Below the pieces are notes generated by a model. The model did not search any database. It was not told the DNA's origin and was given only the letters and a program-made list of their open reading frames with translations. DNA of 64,000 bases, from assembly GCA_964016885.1 (NCBI GenBank), contig OZ024741.1:226610001-226674000 (forward strand), given 5' to 3'. The stretch comes from Eledone cirrhosa. Its lineage: Eukaryota. The translations under genes and the position numbers were made by a program. Shown here in pieces: positions 42,224 through 53,689 of the stretch; positions within the stretch are counted from its first letter, which is position 1; each line of letters begins with the position of its first letter.

Positions 42224-45200
42224 AAAGAATAGAGGTGTAACACACAAGTTATTATATATTGGTAAACGGAATAGAAAATGCTGACAAATTGTTCACAGTT
42301 GAAAAATGGTTTAATTAGGAATAAAAGAGTATTAGTGATTGTATGGGTTAGTATTCGGTTGTGGTTTTAAGTTTTTAAGTTTTTACCGGTTGCGCATTTC
42401 TAAATGCTTTTCAAAAATAATTTTGAGATAGAGTGTCCGTGCTGTTTGCTCTGATCTGATTAGTTTTGGGAATTCTACCTGTTTTTATGTTAAAAAAATT
42501 GGCTCCAGCGTTATTTTTGTGTTGCAAAAATGCTTGTGGTCAAAACAATTTTGATTGGTCGGTAGAGGTCATGTGGATAAAAAATTGGTTTTGCGCCAAG
42601 ATTGAGAAATGACTCTTTCACAACAAATATGTGTGTGTGTGTGTGTAGTAAGGTATTCGATGCTGCGACAATAAAGTGCCGCTTGGTTCCTACACTATGA
42701 ATCGACTTTTCAAACGGATTACACCTCCAATAACCCGTTCATAAAAATAGGAAAACCCATAACTGAACCGCACAACAACTTCTCAAATCCCCAAGCCTCA
42801 AACAAACGAAGAAGGAAGCACCACACCGAAGATGAACTTCCCAACCTCGCTACCATAAGAAGGAACAAAAACCCAAGAAATCATCTCCCCCAGAATGACA
42901 TTTACAACTTTCCCCCTTCAAGGAGACACCATACCAAATCACTCAACTACTACGCGGATTCCTCATCGTCAAACATAGGGAAAAGATACCACCGCCATGA
43001 TAGATGCAACAACTTCCCCGTCTCAAGGGGACAGCAAGGTAATTACCATTTTCTCAACTCTCACTTCCACAATGCACAACAAACCCATACCACACGATAC
43101 AACCAACAACGTAGGCCACTTATAACACCACAATACAACAGGGCACATAGAAACACACACCCATACTCGCAGTACAAGTACACCCCATTCAATCTACAAC
43201 CACCAACCCGAACCACATTTTACAACAACAAGAAATATAACAAACACAGGAGACCACTTAACATCAGCAGACAACCCCTCTACCCCAACCATTTTTTAGA
43301 CACAGCACACAGATATAGGCAAACAAAATAACACAAGACAGGGAGGAGAAACCGATAGTAATAAAAATTATCAATCTTACTAGTGCAGAACCAACACCCA
43401 ACCTTATCAACTTACTCTCCAAAGCTCTTAAATTCACACCGACCCCACTACGTCCTAACTACTATGAAATGAAGGAAGACATCACAGACTTCTGTAGAAA
43501 GTTACGACTTAGTGAACAACTATTCGACCAGTACAATGAGGATGAATCATTAGCCAGAAATAGAAGCAATTACACCCCTTCAAAAGGTAGAAATAAAATC
43601 CTGGACGAATTCTGTGAACACATCACAAACTTCCCTTACCAACACTTGCACAGACAAAAACACAAGCCAAACCTCAACAAGAAAGAATGGGAAGAATTAA
43701 ATAGATTAAAAACCGACAGAACCATTACAATTAAAGAGGCTAATAAAGGGAGTACAGTAGTCCTAATGGAGACAGAATTCTATATCAACTTAGCGCTCTC
43801 CACTCTGGAAAACGAAACATACTACGAAAAGGCTGAACACTACAATCAACAGAAAATTATGAGAAACCTAAAAACTCTAATCAACCAATACAAAGAAGGA
43901 CTCACTAACAAGGAATTCAGCTTCATCACAGACTTCACAAGTAAATCCAGCCTTTTCTACGGTATCCCTAAAGTACATAAAAGCGAATCAATCAGTAAGG
44001 CATGCAAGGAAGCCACAGACATAGTCATCAATGTCCCCTCACCCAATGATCTTAAATTAAGACCTATAATAGCAGGCCCCGCTTGCGAAACGCACCGTCT
44101 TAGCAACTTCATTGATACCCTTCTCAAACCCTTCCTCAAGCACATCAAAAGCTATATAAGGGACGACCTAGATATGCTCAATCACCTCCCTAATATGCCA
44201 CTTTCTGAACAAACCCTACTAGTGACGTTCGATGTAGTCAACCTATACTCCAACATCCCCCACAACCTAGGAATAGAAGCTATCCAATTCTGGCTGGATA
44301 ATTTCCACAATGAACTCCCACAACGCATCAAAAAAGAATTCGTGATAGAGGGACTCAAATTTATCTTGGAGAACAATTACTTCGTTTTCAATAACAAACC
44401 CTACAGGCAGAAATCTGGGACCGCTATGGGAACGAAAACAGCCCCTACTTATGCCAACCTAGTCATGGGATACCTGGAAATCACCCTCTACACTAAGGTC
44501 CTAAACAAATTTGGAAACACCCTCCACTTACACATTGAAAGGAACTGGAAGCGATATCTAGATGACTGCTTCATCCTTTGGCACGAAAACATCGAAAAAC
44601 TTAAAGAATTTCACACCCTTATAAATGGGCTCAACACAAATATTAACTTCACGATGGAATACAGCCATCAACAACTCCCCTTCCTCGACATCCTCATTAA
44701 GATCCATAACAAAAAAATAGAAACAGACATATACTACAAGCCCACAGACTCCAAGCAATACCTCTCCTTCAACTCTTGCCACCCTAGACACGTTAAAATT
44801 AATATTCCCTACAACTTAGCCAAGAGAATCTGTACTATAGTCTCCAATAAAAACATCTGCTACTTACGGCTACAAGAACTAAAGGACACACTCATAGGCA
44901 GGGACTACCCTGCATCACTAATTGACAATGGAATCCAACGTGCCCTAAAACTCAGTACCCAGGACCTTAGACACCCTAAAGTAAATCAACCAAAACTAAA
45001 AGCTCTTCCATACATCTCCACACACAACCCCCTCAACAATGAGGCCTTTGACACCATCCTCCAGAACATCCCTGTATTGAAAAAGGACCATAGAATGAAC
45101 CAAATTCTACGAACACACGATATCATAAAGAGCAAAAGACAATCCAAGTCAATGAAAAACATCTTAACACATGCCAAAGTACTGCCAACCACAACAACGA

Positions 45201-45758
45201 AACCCACAGTAAAAAAATGCGATAGACCCAACTGTGGCATTTGCATCAACCTAATAGAGGGTTCGGAATTCTATTTCAAAGATGGACAACGTTTTATAGT
45301 AAAACACAATTTCACATGTGCATCGGAAAATCTAATATATGTATTAACTTGTTCAGGTTGTCGAGAACAATACATAGGCCAGACCAAAAACAGCCTCCGC
45401 CAACGCATGACTGTCCATAGATCCCAAATTAAAATACGGGAATACAGGAAAATACCACTGAGTGAACACATTGATACCTGTGCCGCCCAAAATCATCCCA
45501 ACTTCAGAATCTTTCCCCTCTACAAATTTAAAGATAATGCCACCCACACCCAGCGCATCAGCAAGGAATCTTACTTCATTAACAAATACGGACCCCGCCT
45601 AAACACTTCTCCCTAAGACGAACCCACAACATACATACGTCAACATACATACCTACATCAGCACACATCTCTACCCACATATAAACACAATGACACACGT
45701 AAACACACATGCTCTATGGTGCAATACAAAAAAATATATGTGCATATATATGTATGTA

Positions 45759-45795
<37 letters not shown>

Positions 45796-46084
45796 AATAT
45801 ATGTGTGTGTGTGTGTGTGTATATATATAGTGAATATCATTTCACACCTTTTATTGTTAAGATTTTCGATGTTCTATTAAGAGAACCGATTTTACTGAAA
45901 AAATCGAATAATGTACACCATTTTACCAGGGGGAAAAAATACTGGTCCCCCCCACCCACACACACATATATACACAAACACACGCGTACATCAACATACA
46001 AAGAGACTTATACACACACACACGCACTTCTCCGTATAAGACAAAAGCTGAAAAATATCCTTTGACCTTCGAATGACTCTGCTG

Positions 46085-46169
<85 letters not shown>

Positions 46170-46229
46170 ATCTTAATAGCCATTTGACACACATCGCTGC
46201 TGGCTATTGTCGCAGCATCGAATACCTTA

Positions 46230-46269
<40 letters not shown>

Positions 46270-46640
46270 TTGTTGTGAAAGAGTCATTTCTCAATCTTGG
46301 CGCAAAACCAATTTTTTATCCACATGACCTCTACCGACCAATCAAAATTGTTTTGACCACAAGCATTTTTGCAACACAAAAATAACGCTGGAGCCAATTT
46401 TTTTAACATAAAAACAGGTAGAATTCCCAAAACTAATCAGATCAGAGCAAACAGCACGGACACTCTATCTCAAAATTATTTTTGAAAAGCATTTAGAAAT
46501 GCGCAACCGGTAAAAACTTAAAAACTTAAAACCACAACCGAATACTAACCCATACAATTACTAATACTCTTTTATTCCTAATTAAACCATTTTTCAACTG
46601 TGAACAATTTGTCAGCATTTTTTATTCCGTTTACCAATAT
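42219..46640 (+). mobile_element. Neptune-like PLE with ~430 bp inverted ends
   Basis: About 42252-42673 is the reverse complement of 46206-46640; RT-EN ORF lies between; (TA)n on both sides. Confidence 0.93.
43319..45616 (+). CDS. PLE reverse transcriptase plus GIY-YIG endonuclease (open frame; first ATG at 43469)
   Basis: IINL..LSKALKFTPTP, KEANKGS, FYGIPKVHK, RPII, FDVVNLYSNI, GTAMG, RYLDD, FLD, KPTD, CDRPNCGIC, NLIY..QYIGQT..LRQRMTVH; no stops. Confidence 0.93.
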   Translation, partial: ANKITQDREEKPIVIKIINLTSAEPTPNLINLLSKALKFTPTPLRPNYYEMKEDITDFCRKLRLSEQLFDQYNEDESLARNRSNYTPSKGRNKILDEFCEHITNFPYQHLHRQKHKPNLNKKEWEELNRLKTDRTITIKEANKGSTVVLMETEFYINLALSTLENETYYEKAEHYNQQKIMRNLKTLINQYKEGLTNKEFSFITDFTSKSSLFYGIPKVHKSESISKACKEATDIVINVPSPNDLKLRPIIAGPACETHRLSNFIDTLLKPFLKHIKSYIRDDLDMLNHLPNMPLSEQTLLVTFDVVNLYSNIPHNLGIEAIQFWLDNFHNELPQRIKKEFVIEGLKFILENNYFVFNNKPYRQKSGTAMGTKTAPTYANLVMGYLEITLYTKVLNKFGNTLHLHIERNWKRYLDDCFILWHENIEKLKEFHTLINGLNTNINFTMEYSHQQLPFLDILIKIHNKKIETDIYYKPTDSKQYLSFNSCHPRHVKINIPYNLAKRICTIVSNKNICYLRLQELKDTLIGRDYPASLIDNGIQRALKLSTQDLRHPKVNQPKLKALPYISTHNPLNNEAFDTILQNIPVLKKDHRMNQILRTHDIIKSKRQSKSMKNILTHAKVLPTTTTKPTVKKCDRPNCGICINLIEGSEFYFKDGQRFIVKHNFTCASENLIYVLTCSGCREQYIGQTKNSLRQRMTVHRSQIKIREYRKIPLSEHIDTCAAQNHPNFRIFPLYKFKDNATHTQRISKESYFINKYGPRLNTSP

Positions 46641-46669
46641 ATATATATATGTATATATATATACATACG

Positions 46670-46701
<32 letters not shown>

Positions 46702-46703
46702 CG

Positions 46704-46744
<41 letters not shown>

Positions 46745-46769
46745 ATATATACATACATATACATATATT

Positions 46770-46802
<33 letters not shown>

Positions 46803-46851
46803 ATGTATGTGTATATATATATATGTATATATATAGAGAGAGCGAGAGAAA

Positions 46852-47126
46852 AAGATGAAATCGAAAATGCAACTGGAGTCTTATTTTTTAAAAATATATA
46901 TATTTATTTGGTTCCTTTACCGGTTTCGCAGTTCTTCTGCTTTTCAAAAGTAGAGTTGAGATGGAGGGTCTGTGGTTTTTCTCACATCAGATGTGAGAAA
47001 AATCACAGACCCTCCATCTCAACTATACTTTTGAAAAGCAGAAGAACTGCGAAACCGTTAAAGGAACCAAATAAATATATATATATTTTTTTAAATAAGA
47101 CTCCACTTGCATTTTCATTTCATCTG
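46852..47126. repeat. Near-perfect 275 bp palindrome carrying two hammerheads (46915-46950 -, 47028-47063 +)
   Basis: Centre ctcacatc-a-gatgtgag; motif ctt-ttgaaaa-gcagaagaactgc-gaaac-cg-gta-aag. Confidence 0.88.
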
Positions 47127-47191
47127 TTTTTCTTTATACTTTCACTCGTGTAGGACACCTCGGTTATTTTTCATTTTGTAAAAAACCTCAC

Positions 47192-47238
<47 letters not shown>

Positions 47239-47244
<6 letters not shown>

Positions 47245-48580
47245 GACAAAAATATTAACTATAACATCTCTTGGAGGAAGGTTTGCAACGCCTTTCCTTA
47301 CCGGAATTCTTCCCTATCCAGAACATATAATCTCTGCCTAGCCGAGACATTTACCATTATATCTAATTTTAATTCTATAATAAATAGACGGACGGATTTA
47401 TTTTCACTCAGCTTGCATAAATCCCGTAGAACTTTCCATAAAGTATACAGTTAATATCTCAATACCTAATTAGTTTAAAATCTCCTTTTCTCAAAGGCTT
47501 TTATATCTTTTACAAATATACCCATCTTTCTACCTTATTTTAGTATATTATATTATACAATTTACTCATTCTATGTCGTTAGAGGTCCCCTATCTTTCTT
47601 CTCCTTATCCTTTTTCCTTTCTTCCTCTTTTCTTTTTTAATTTCTAATCTTTAATCTGTAACTTTTACTTCCCAATTACTTCTTAATTCATATTATTACT
47701 CACTATAGCATTTTCCATTTTTCCATTTTTCCTTATATTATTGGCCATAGAATCTATATCTTTTAATATATAATAATATTACCATTAGAAAATTTTATAA
47801 ACATATATACTTTTTGACTTTAAATATTTTTTCTTCCTTAAATTTTCTTTTTTCTTCTCTCCTTCCGTGCTCGTATTAAACCTATTATTTACTTTAACAT
47901 ATTACAATACATAAAAACAAACTTAAACACTAACTAATTCCTCTAAGTTCATAATTCATTCAATCTCTCCTTCTTTTACATTATATCCTTAATATCCTTA
48001 ATATCCTTAATATTTTTATTTTAATAATACATATTAATAAATTCTTTTTTTCGCACATATTACTAAACCCTTCAATTTATAAACCTTAAATAAATACTAT
48101 TCTTAATTCCTTTTTCTTTAATCATAAACATCACCATCCATAAACCTCATTAACTTTTAATTTCAAAATCTTTTTAAATTATCTATTATCTTTCAACGGT
48201 TTTTTTAATTTCTCTCTGTGAGACAATGTTTTCTCAGTTGTAAAGGCTATTTCTCTCTCTCTCTCTATCACTCATTTCTCCTCCTCTCTCATCCTTCCTT
48301 CTTATACTCCTCCCCCGTCATCCTTTATTTTCTTTCTTCCTCTTCCTTACCTTTTCCTATCCCCGCTCCTTTTTTTCCCAATCTCATATATCCATCTTAC
48401 TTTATTTTTCATATGTTGATTTAACACTTCACTGTTGGCAAGTGTTTTTTAAGCTTTATATCATGTCTCTCTATTCTATCTGATGAGAACGCAAATATCA
48501 TCCCATGATGATATTTGTTTTTGAAATGTGCATAATAAAATACTTGGAATTCTTTTAACCATCTTTTTTATCTTATATCA
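47239..48580 (+). mobile_element. 5'-truncated Naiad-like PLE with hammerhead at 48474-48540
   Basis: LKDKNINYNISWRKVCNAFPY..YNLCLAETFTI..INRRTDLF; ctgatga-gaacgcaaatatcatc..gatgatatttg..gaaat-gtgc-ata; (TA)n on both sides. Confidence 0.8.
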
Positions 48581-49349
48581 TATATATACATATATATATA
48601 TATTTAAAACTAACCTTTGTAAAATGTTCTCTCTACTAGAATTATGACACCTCAAAATAATACATTAATTTAGATGACAACTGACTAATAAGAGTTTGAT
48701 AAAGTTTAGTAACACTTGTCTAGTTAAATAACTTTACGTACGAGATACGATACAAATAATACTGACTATTCGCCTGCAGATAAGATCAATATGTGGTTTC
48801 CATTTAAGATTCGTATCAACGAAATATATAATGATTAACATATTCTTTTCTGTCACCGTCAAATTCAAGCTGCGAGATTGAGTTCGCGGAGAAATATGTC
48901 TGACTTTGATGAAACTGCCGATGTAGTAAAGATATAAGGAACCGATTTAAATGATACAATGAAGTATTATTTTTAGAATCTTGGTGAATGAAGATTTATA
49001 TGCAGGTAGAAAAAAGCTATTGTCTACTTCAATCAGTTGAATGTTGCCTTTAAGAGTAATTGCAAAATCTAGTATTATTGCCTATTCTTTGGGTGTTAGG
49101 ATTGCTTAAAGCTACGTTATGAGTACTGTCAGACATCTATTTTGTGCGGATCACAAATAAAGTAAGATAAATTGAACATAATTATGTGATGACGGCAAGC
49201 GCCCAGACAGAATAGCATTATTCCACTTCAAGCGTCTTTGTGTGTGTTTTTTTTTGGGGGGGGACATAAATCTTTAATCTGAGTAGCCGCGTGTTATGAC
49301 TCGATTTTCGCCTCCAGCCTTTTACTTCCACCACAAACTCGGACGCTAC

Positions 49350-49545
49350 AAGCAGAGGAGCAGAAGATAACCAAATACCGGAATTTGACTAACTGCTTCC
49401 TTTTCGTGCCGGTCGCCCACAAGACCTCTGGTGTACTTGGTCCCAGAGTTGTCGTTTTCTTCCACCCGAGGAAGTTGTTGGCTGGTGTAGATGTCGCTGG
49501 CTGTTCTCCATGACAATGCGTTCACCATTTTGTCTGCAGTGTGCA
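49350..49545 (+). mobile_element. CRE-like LINE endonuclease C-terminal remnant
   Basis: AEEQKITKYRNLTNCFLFVPVAHKTSGVLGP..SLAVLHDNAFTIL resembles AExxKxxKY..FVPVAVETLG..SLAIQRGNA. Confidence 0.65.
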
Positions 49546-49619
49546 GTCGAGATATACCACCTAGACAGAATCTGTTCCTCCTATTACCCTTCTTCTTATT
49601 TTCATTATTTAATATTTTC

Positions 49620-49888
49620 AGGGTGGTGGATTGGCAGTATTGGTAGAGCGTCGGACACCATGCTTTGCAGCATAGAGTTATGGCCCTTCATGATCTATGT
49701 TCAAATCCCGCCGAGGTTAACTTTGCCTTTCTTCCTTACGGAGTCGATAAAATAAAGTACCAGTCACGCACTGGTGTCGATTTAATTGACTTTCCCTTGC
49801 CCAAAATTGATGGCCTTTTACCTATATAAGAAACCATTATTTAAATGCACTGGGTAATTGCTGGCCTTGTGCCTAAAGTAGAAACAAT
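49620..49888 (+). mobile_element. tRNA-derived SINE with duplicated tail and TSD
   Basis: Family consensus; ttatttaatattttc on both sides. Confidence 0.85.
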
Positions 49889-50142
49889 TATTTAATATTT
49901 TCTTTCTTCCTTATAAGATTTGCATTCAGTTTCGTATATAATTTTTGATAAACATATTCATTACGTAATAAAAGCGCTTCTAGAAAGTTTTTATATCATT
50001 CAAACAATAAAGTGATGTATTCTTGTACAATATTATATACTATTTCATCAGCAGCATAGCTAGAGGGAACAAAGGGCGTAGGTCGGTTTCATGACACGTT
50101 CATGAGGGTACTACGTTTGTATCTGTTGTATATATTTGAGGA

Positions 50143-50485
50143 TAGGCGGCGGATTGGCAGAGTCGTTAGAACGTCGGATAGAATGCTTTATGGTATTCGT
50201 TTCGTCTCTCTGCTCCCGGAGTTCAAATCCCGCGGAGGTCAACTTTGCCTTTCATCTTTTTGAGGTCTGTAAAAAAAGTACCAGTCTAGTACTGGGTCGA
50301 TTCTTCTTCTATACCTCTTTCTCATTTCTTCTCTCTCAATTTCTATCTTTCTCTGGTAGAAACCTTCTGTACTCAGGCCTGGAGAGGGGTGGGCTCTGCC
50401 AGGCTTAAAATGCCCAAGAAACGCCATATGTCACAATACGGCGCCTCTTCAACTCTATCAGAAGTTACGGGACCATACATACTTA
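50143..50485 (+). mobile_element. SINE subfamily with long 3' tail ending in (CATA)n
   Basis: Same head and tail as the inverted copy at 57655-57985. Confidence 0.8.
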
Positions 50486-51064
50486 CATATATTTGAGTGT
50501 GTGAGGAGGAGTGGCGAAGGAATGGTCCAAGGAAACCCAAGGCCTTTCACGGGACAGCACACACTCTAGCAACGCCACTGCTTTCCACCACAACCCAAGC
50601 ACGCTGAGCAATAACAACTTTATATAATATCATCTGTTAGTGCATGTAGTGTGAAAAAATTCGAAAGGAAAATGTGTAAATATTACTGAAGCCCGAATTA
50701 CTGAAGCCCGAATTTACTCGCAGTTTGTGGAAAATATATATCCAAGCAATGTATAAATTACGCAATACAGAATAATTGAAACATACTTTGTTCAATAGAA
50801 CACACAAAATATCAATATATTTTCCTGTAGTCGGTTGGTTTTCACAAAATATTCATTATTGATCAATAGAAAATGGATTGAAGAAAGCAGTATCGAAGCG
50901 GTATGGACAGGAAATGTTTGATTTAAAAGATGAGAAGGTTGTGAGATCCATAGGTGAGCTATTTTACTTAGATGTTCACATATCAGATATAGCCAAAGGA
51001 TTTGATGGTGTCAAAGACAACCAGCTATGTTGCATTTGTTGAAGTTGTCAATGATGACATACAA

Positions 51065-51087
51065 CTAGTGTGTGTTTCTGTTAGTAA

Positions 51088-51126
<39 letters not shown>

Positions 51127-52016
51127 TGTGTGTGATAGTGTGTGAGTGTGTGAGTGATTGTGTGTGTTTGTGTGTGTGTTATGTGTTATATGTGAGTGGT
51201 ATGTGTTGCGTGTGTTCATGTGTTTGTGTGTATTTATGGGTGCTTGTGTTTCTGTGTATGTTAGTGTATGTGTGTGTGTGTTATATGTTGCGTGTGTTTG
51301 AGTGAGTGTTTATGTCTTTGTGTGTGTATTCGTGAGTGCTTGTGTGTATGTTAGTATGTGTGTGTGTGTATGTGTTGTGTGTGTTTGTGTGAGTGCTTTG
51401 TGTGTGTATTTGTGGGTGTTTGTATTTGTGTGTATGTTAGTATGTGTGTGTGTATGTTAGTATGTTGCATGTGTTTGTGTGAGTGTGTATGTGAGCGTGT
51501 GTGTATATTTGTGTTTGTGTTTGTGTGTTGGTGTGAGTAGGGGGTGATAGCAGATCTAGCATAGATGACATTGTACAATGAAAGAAAACAGTAATGGTGG
51601 TCACAATGTTTTGTATTGGTGTACGCACAATTATCATGTGTACATATATGTGTATGTGAATGTGAGTGCGTGTATATGTTTGTATGTGTGTGTGTATGTG
51701 CGCATCGAAGGTGGGCCAACCAAGTCTCTCTTTTTTATTTCTTCGTACTTATATTGACTCTTGTCTCTCCTCCTACCTCTCCCTCATATTTTCACTCTTT
51801 CCCTCACATTCTCTCGCTCCCTCCCTATTGTGCTCTCTCTTTTCCTCACCTTCTCTCTCTCTCTCTCACCTTCTCTCTCTTTCCCTCTCGTTCTCTCTCT
51901 CTCTCTTACCTTCTCTTTCTCCCTCACATTCTCTCTCTCTCTCCCTCATGTTCTCTCGCTCTCTATCTCTCTGCCTCTGCCTTTTCTTCTTACTCTCGTT
52001 TTCTTGCACGCTATCT

Positions 52017-52062
<46 letters not shown>

Positions 52063-53400
52063 TCTCTCTTTCTTTCTCTCTCTCTGTCGCTCGCTCGCAC
52101 TCTCTCTCTCTCCCATACACACACACACATACCACACAGTCTCTTTCTCTTTCACACACACATACAACACTCCCACACACTCTCTATCTCTCTCCCTCCC
52201 CCTCTCTTTCTCTCTCTCTCTCTTCCTATCCCCTCTCTCTCACACACACTATCGCTTTGGACACGTGTATGTACACATACACACACACATACACACGTAG
52301 CATTCATATGCAAGTACACATTCATGTACCTACACCTATGTTCGAATATACACATGTTCATGCACACATATATACACATCCACATACACATATACACTTG
52401 TATACACGTGCGCACAGACCTACATACAACACAGTCTCTCTCCCTCTCTATCTATCACCCTATATCTCTCTCTCCCTATCTATCTATCAACCTATCTCTC
52501 TCTCTCCCTATCTCTCTCTCTCCCTCTCTATCTATCAACCTATCTCTCTCTCTCCCTATCTATCTATCAACCTATCTCTCTCTCTCCCTATCTCTCTCTC
52601 TCCCTCTCTATGTATCAACCTATCTCTCTCTCTCCTTATCTATCTATCAACCTATCTCTCTCTCTCCCTCTCTATCTATCAACCTATATCTCTCTCTCCC
52701 TATCTCTCTCTCTCCCTCTCTATGTATCACCCTATATCTCTCTCTCCCTCTCTATCTCTCAACCTATCTCTCTCTCTCCCTATCTCTTTCTCTCCCTCTC
52801 TATCTCTCTCCCTATCACCTGCCAATCTCAGACAGCGGTAATCCTCCTCCTCCCCCCACTAGCCACACAAATCAATAACGCCGCCATTTAAAGAGAACAG
52901 TTAATATATGTTGTTAGAAGAAACATTATTTCTCCCTCACACTTCTCTTTAGACCAGCTTCTACAGTTTTCTGCTATTTCTTATTTCTATATTATTCATT
53001 CTTCTGTTATTCTATACCATTTATTAGAGATAAAGATCTCTCTTTTGCATTCTAGCTCTCTCTGACTCTCTCTCTCTCTCTCTCTCTTTCTTTCTCCACC
53101 CCCCCACCCCTTGCCTCTTTCTCTGTTTCTTTCTTTCTTCCTTTCCTTCTCTCCACCCCCTCTCTCGCTAGCTCTATGTATTTCTCTCTTTCGCCCTCTT
53201 TGTTTCTTTCTTTCTTTTCACGACCCCCCTCTCTCTCTCTCTAGCCCCTCTTTATTTATTTATTTCTCTCTTTCACTCTCTTTTTTGTTTCTTTCTTTTT
53301 CTATCCCCCCTCTCTATCCCCCACGCTCTCTCTTTCTCTCTCTCTCTAGCTCTCTTTATCTGTTTATCTCTGTCACCCTCTTTCTTTCTCACACCACTCC
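51065..53400. repeat. Compound degenerate (GT)/(CT)/(CA) microsatellite field with a ctatctatcaaccta minisatellite (52430-52820)
   Basis: Directly visible low complexity. Confidence 0.9.
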
Positions 53401-53689
53401 TGTTGCTTATCGTTTATTCTTATTTCCCACTGTTATTGAAGATGAACTTGTTCATCTTATACTAATTATATATATTATTCAAATGTTCCGGAATATTTGT
53501 CTAGTGAGGTCGATACACTGAGGCCTTGCTGGTTCCTTCTTATATTTTGATGCTTTCGCTCTCTATATTCCTTGAAAACACTTATCAATGTATACATATA
53601 TACATACATACATACATAAATACATAAATACATAAATACATGCATACACGCATGCATACATACATACATACTTGAAACAACTATGCCTG

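Noticed and set aside
50049-50580. hAT-like MITE (cagcagcatagctagag / ctctagcaacgccactg)
   Set aside because: Termini degenerate and no TSD visible
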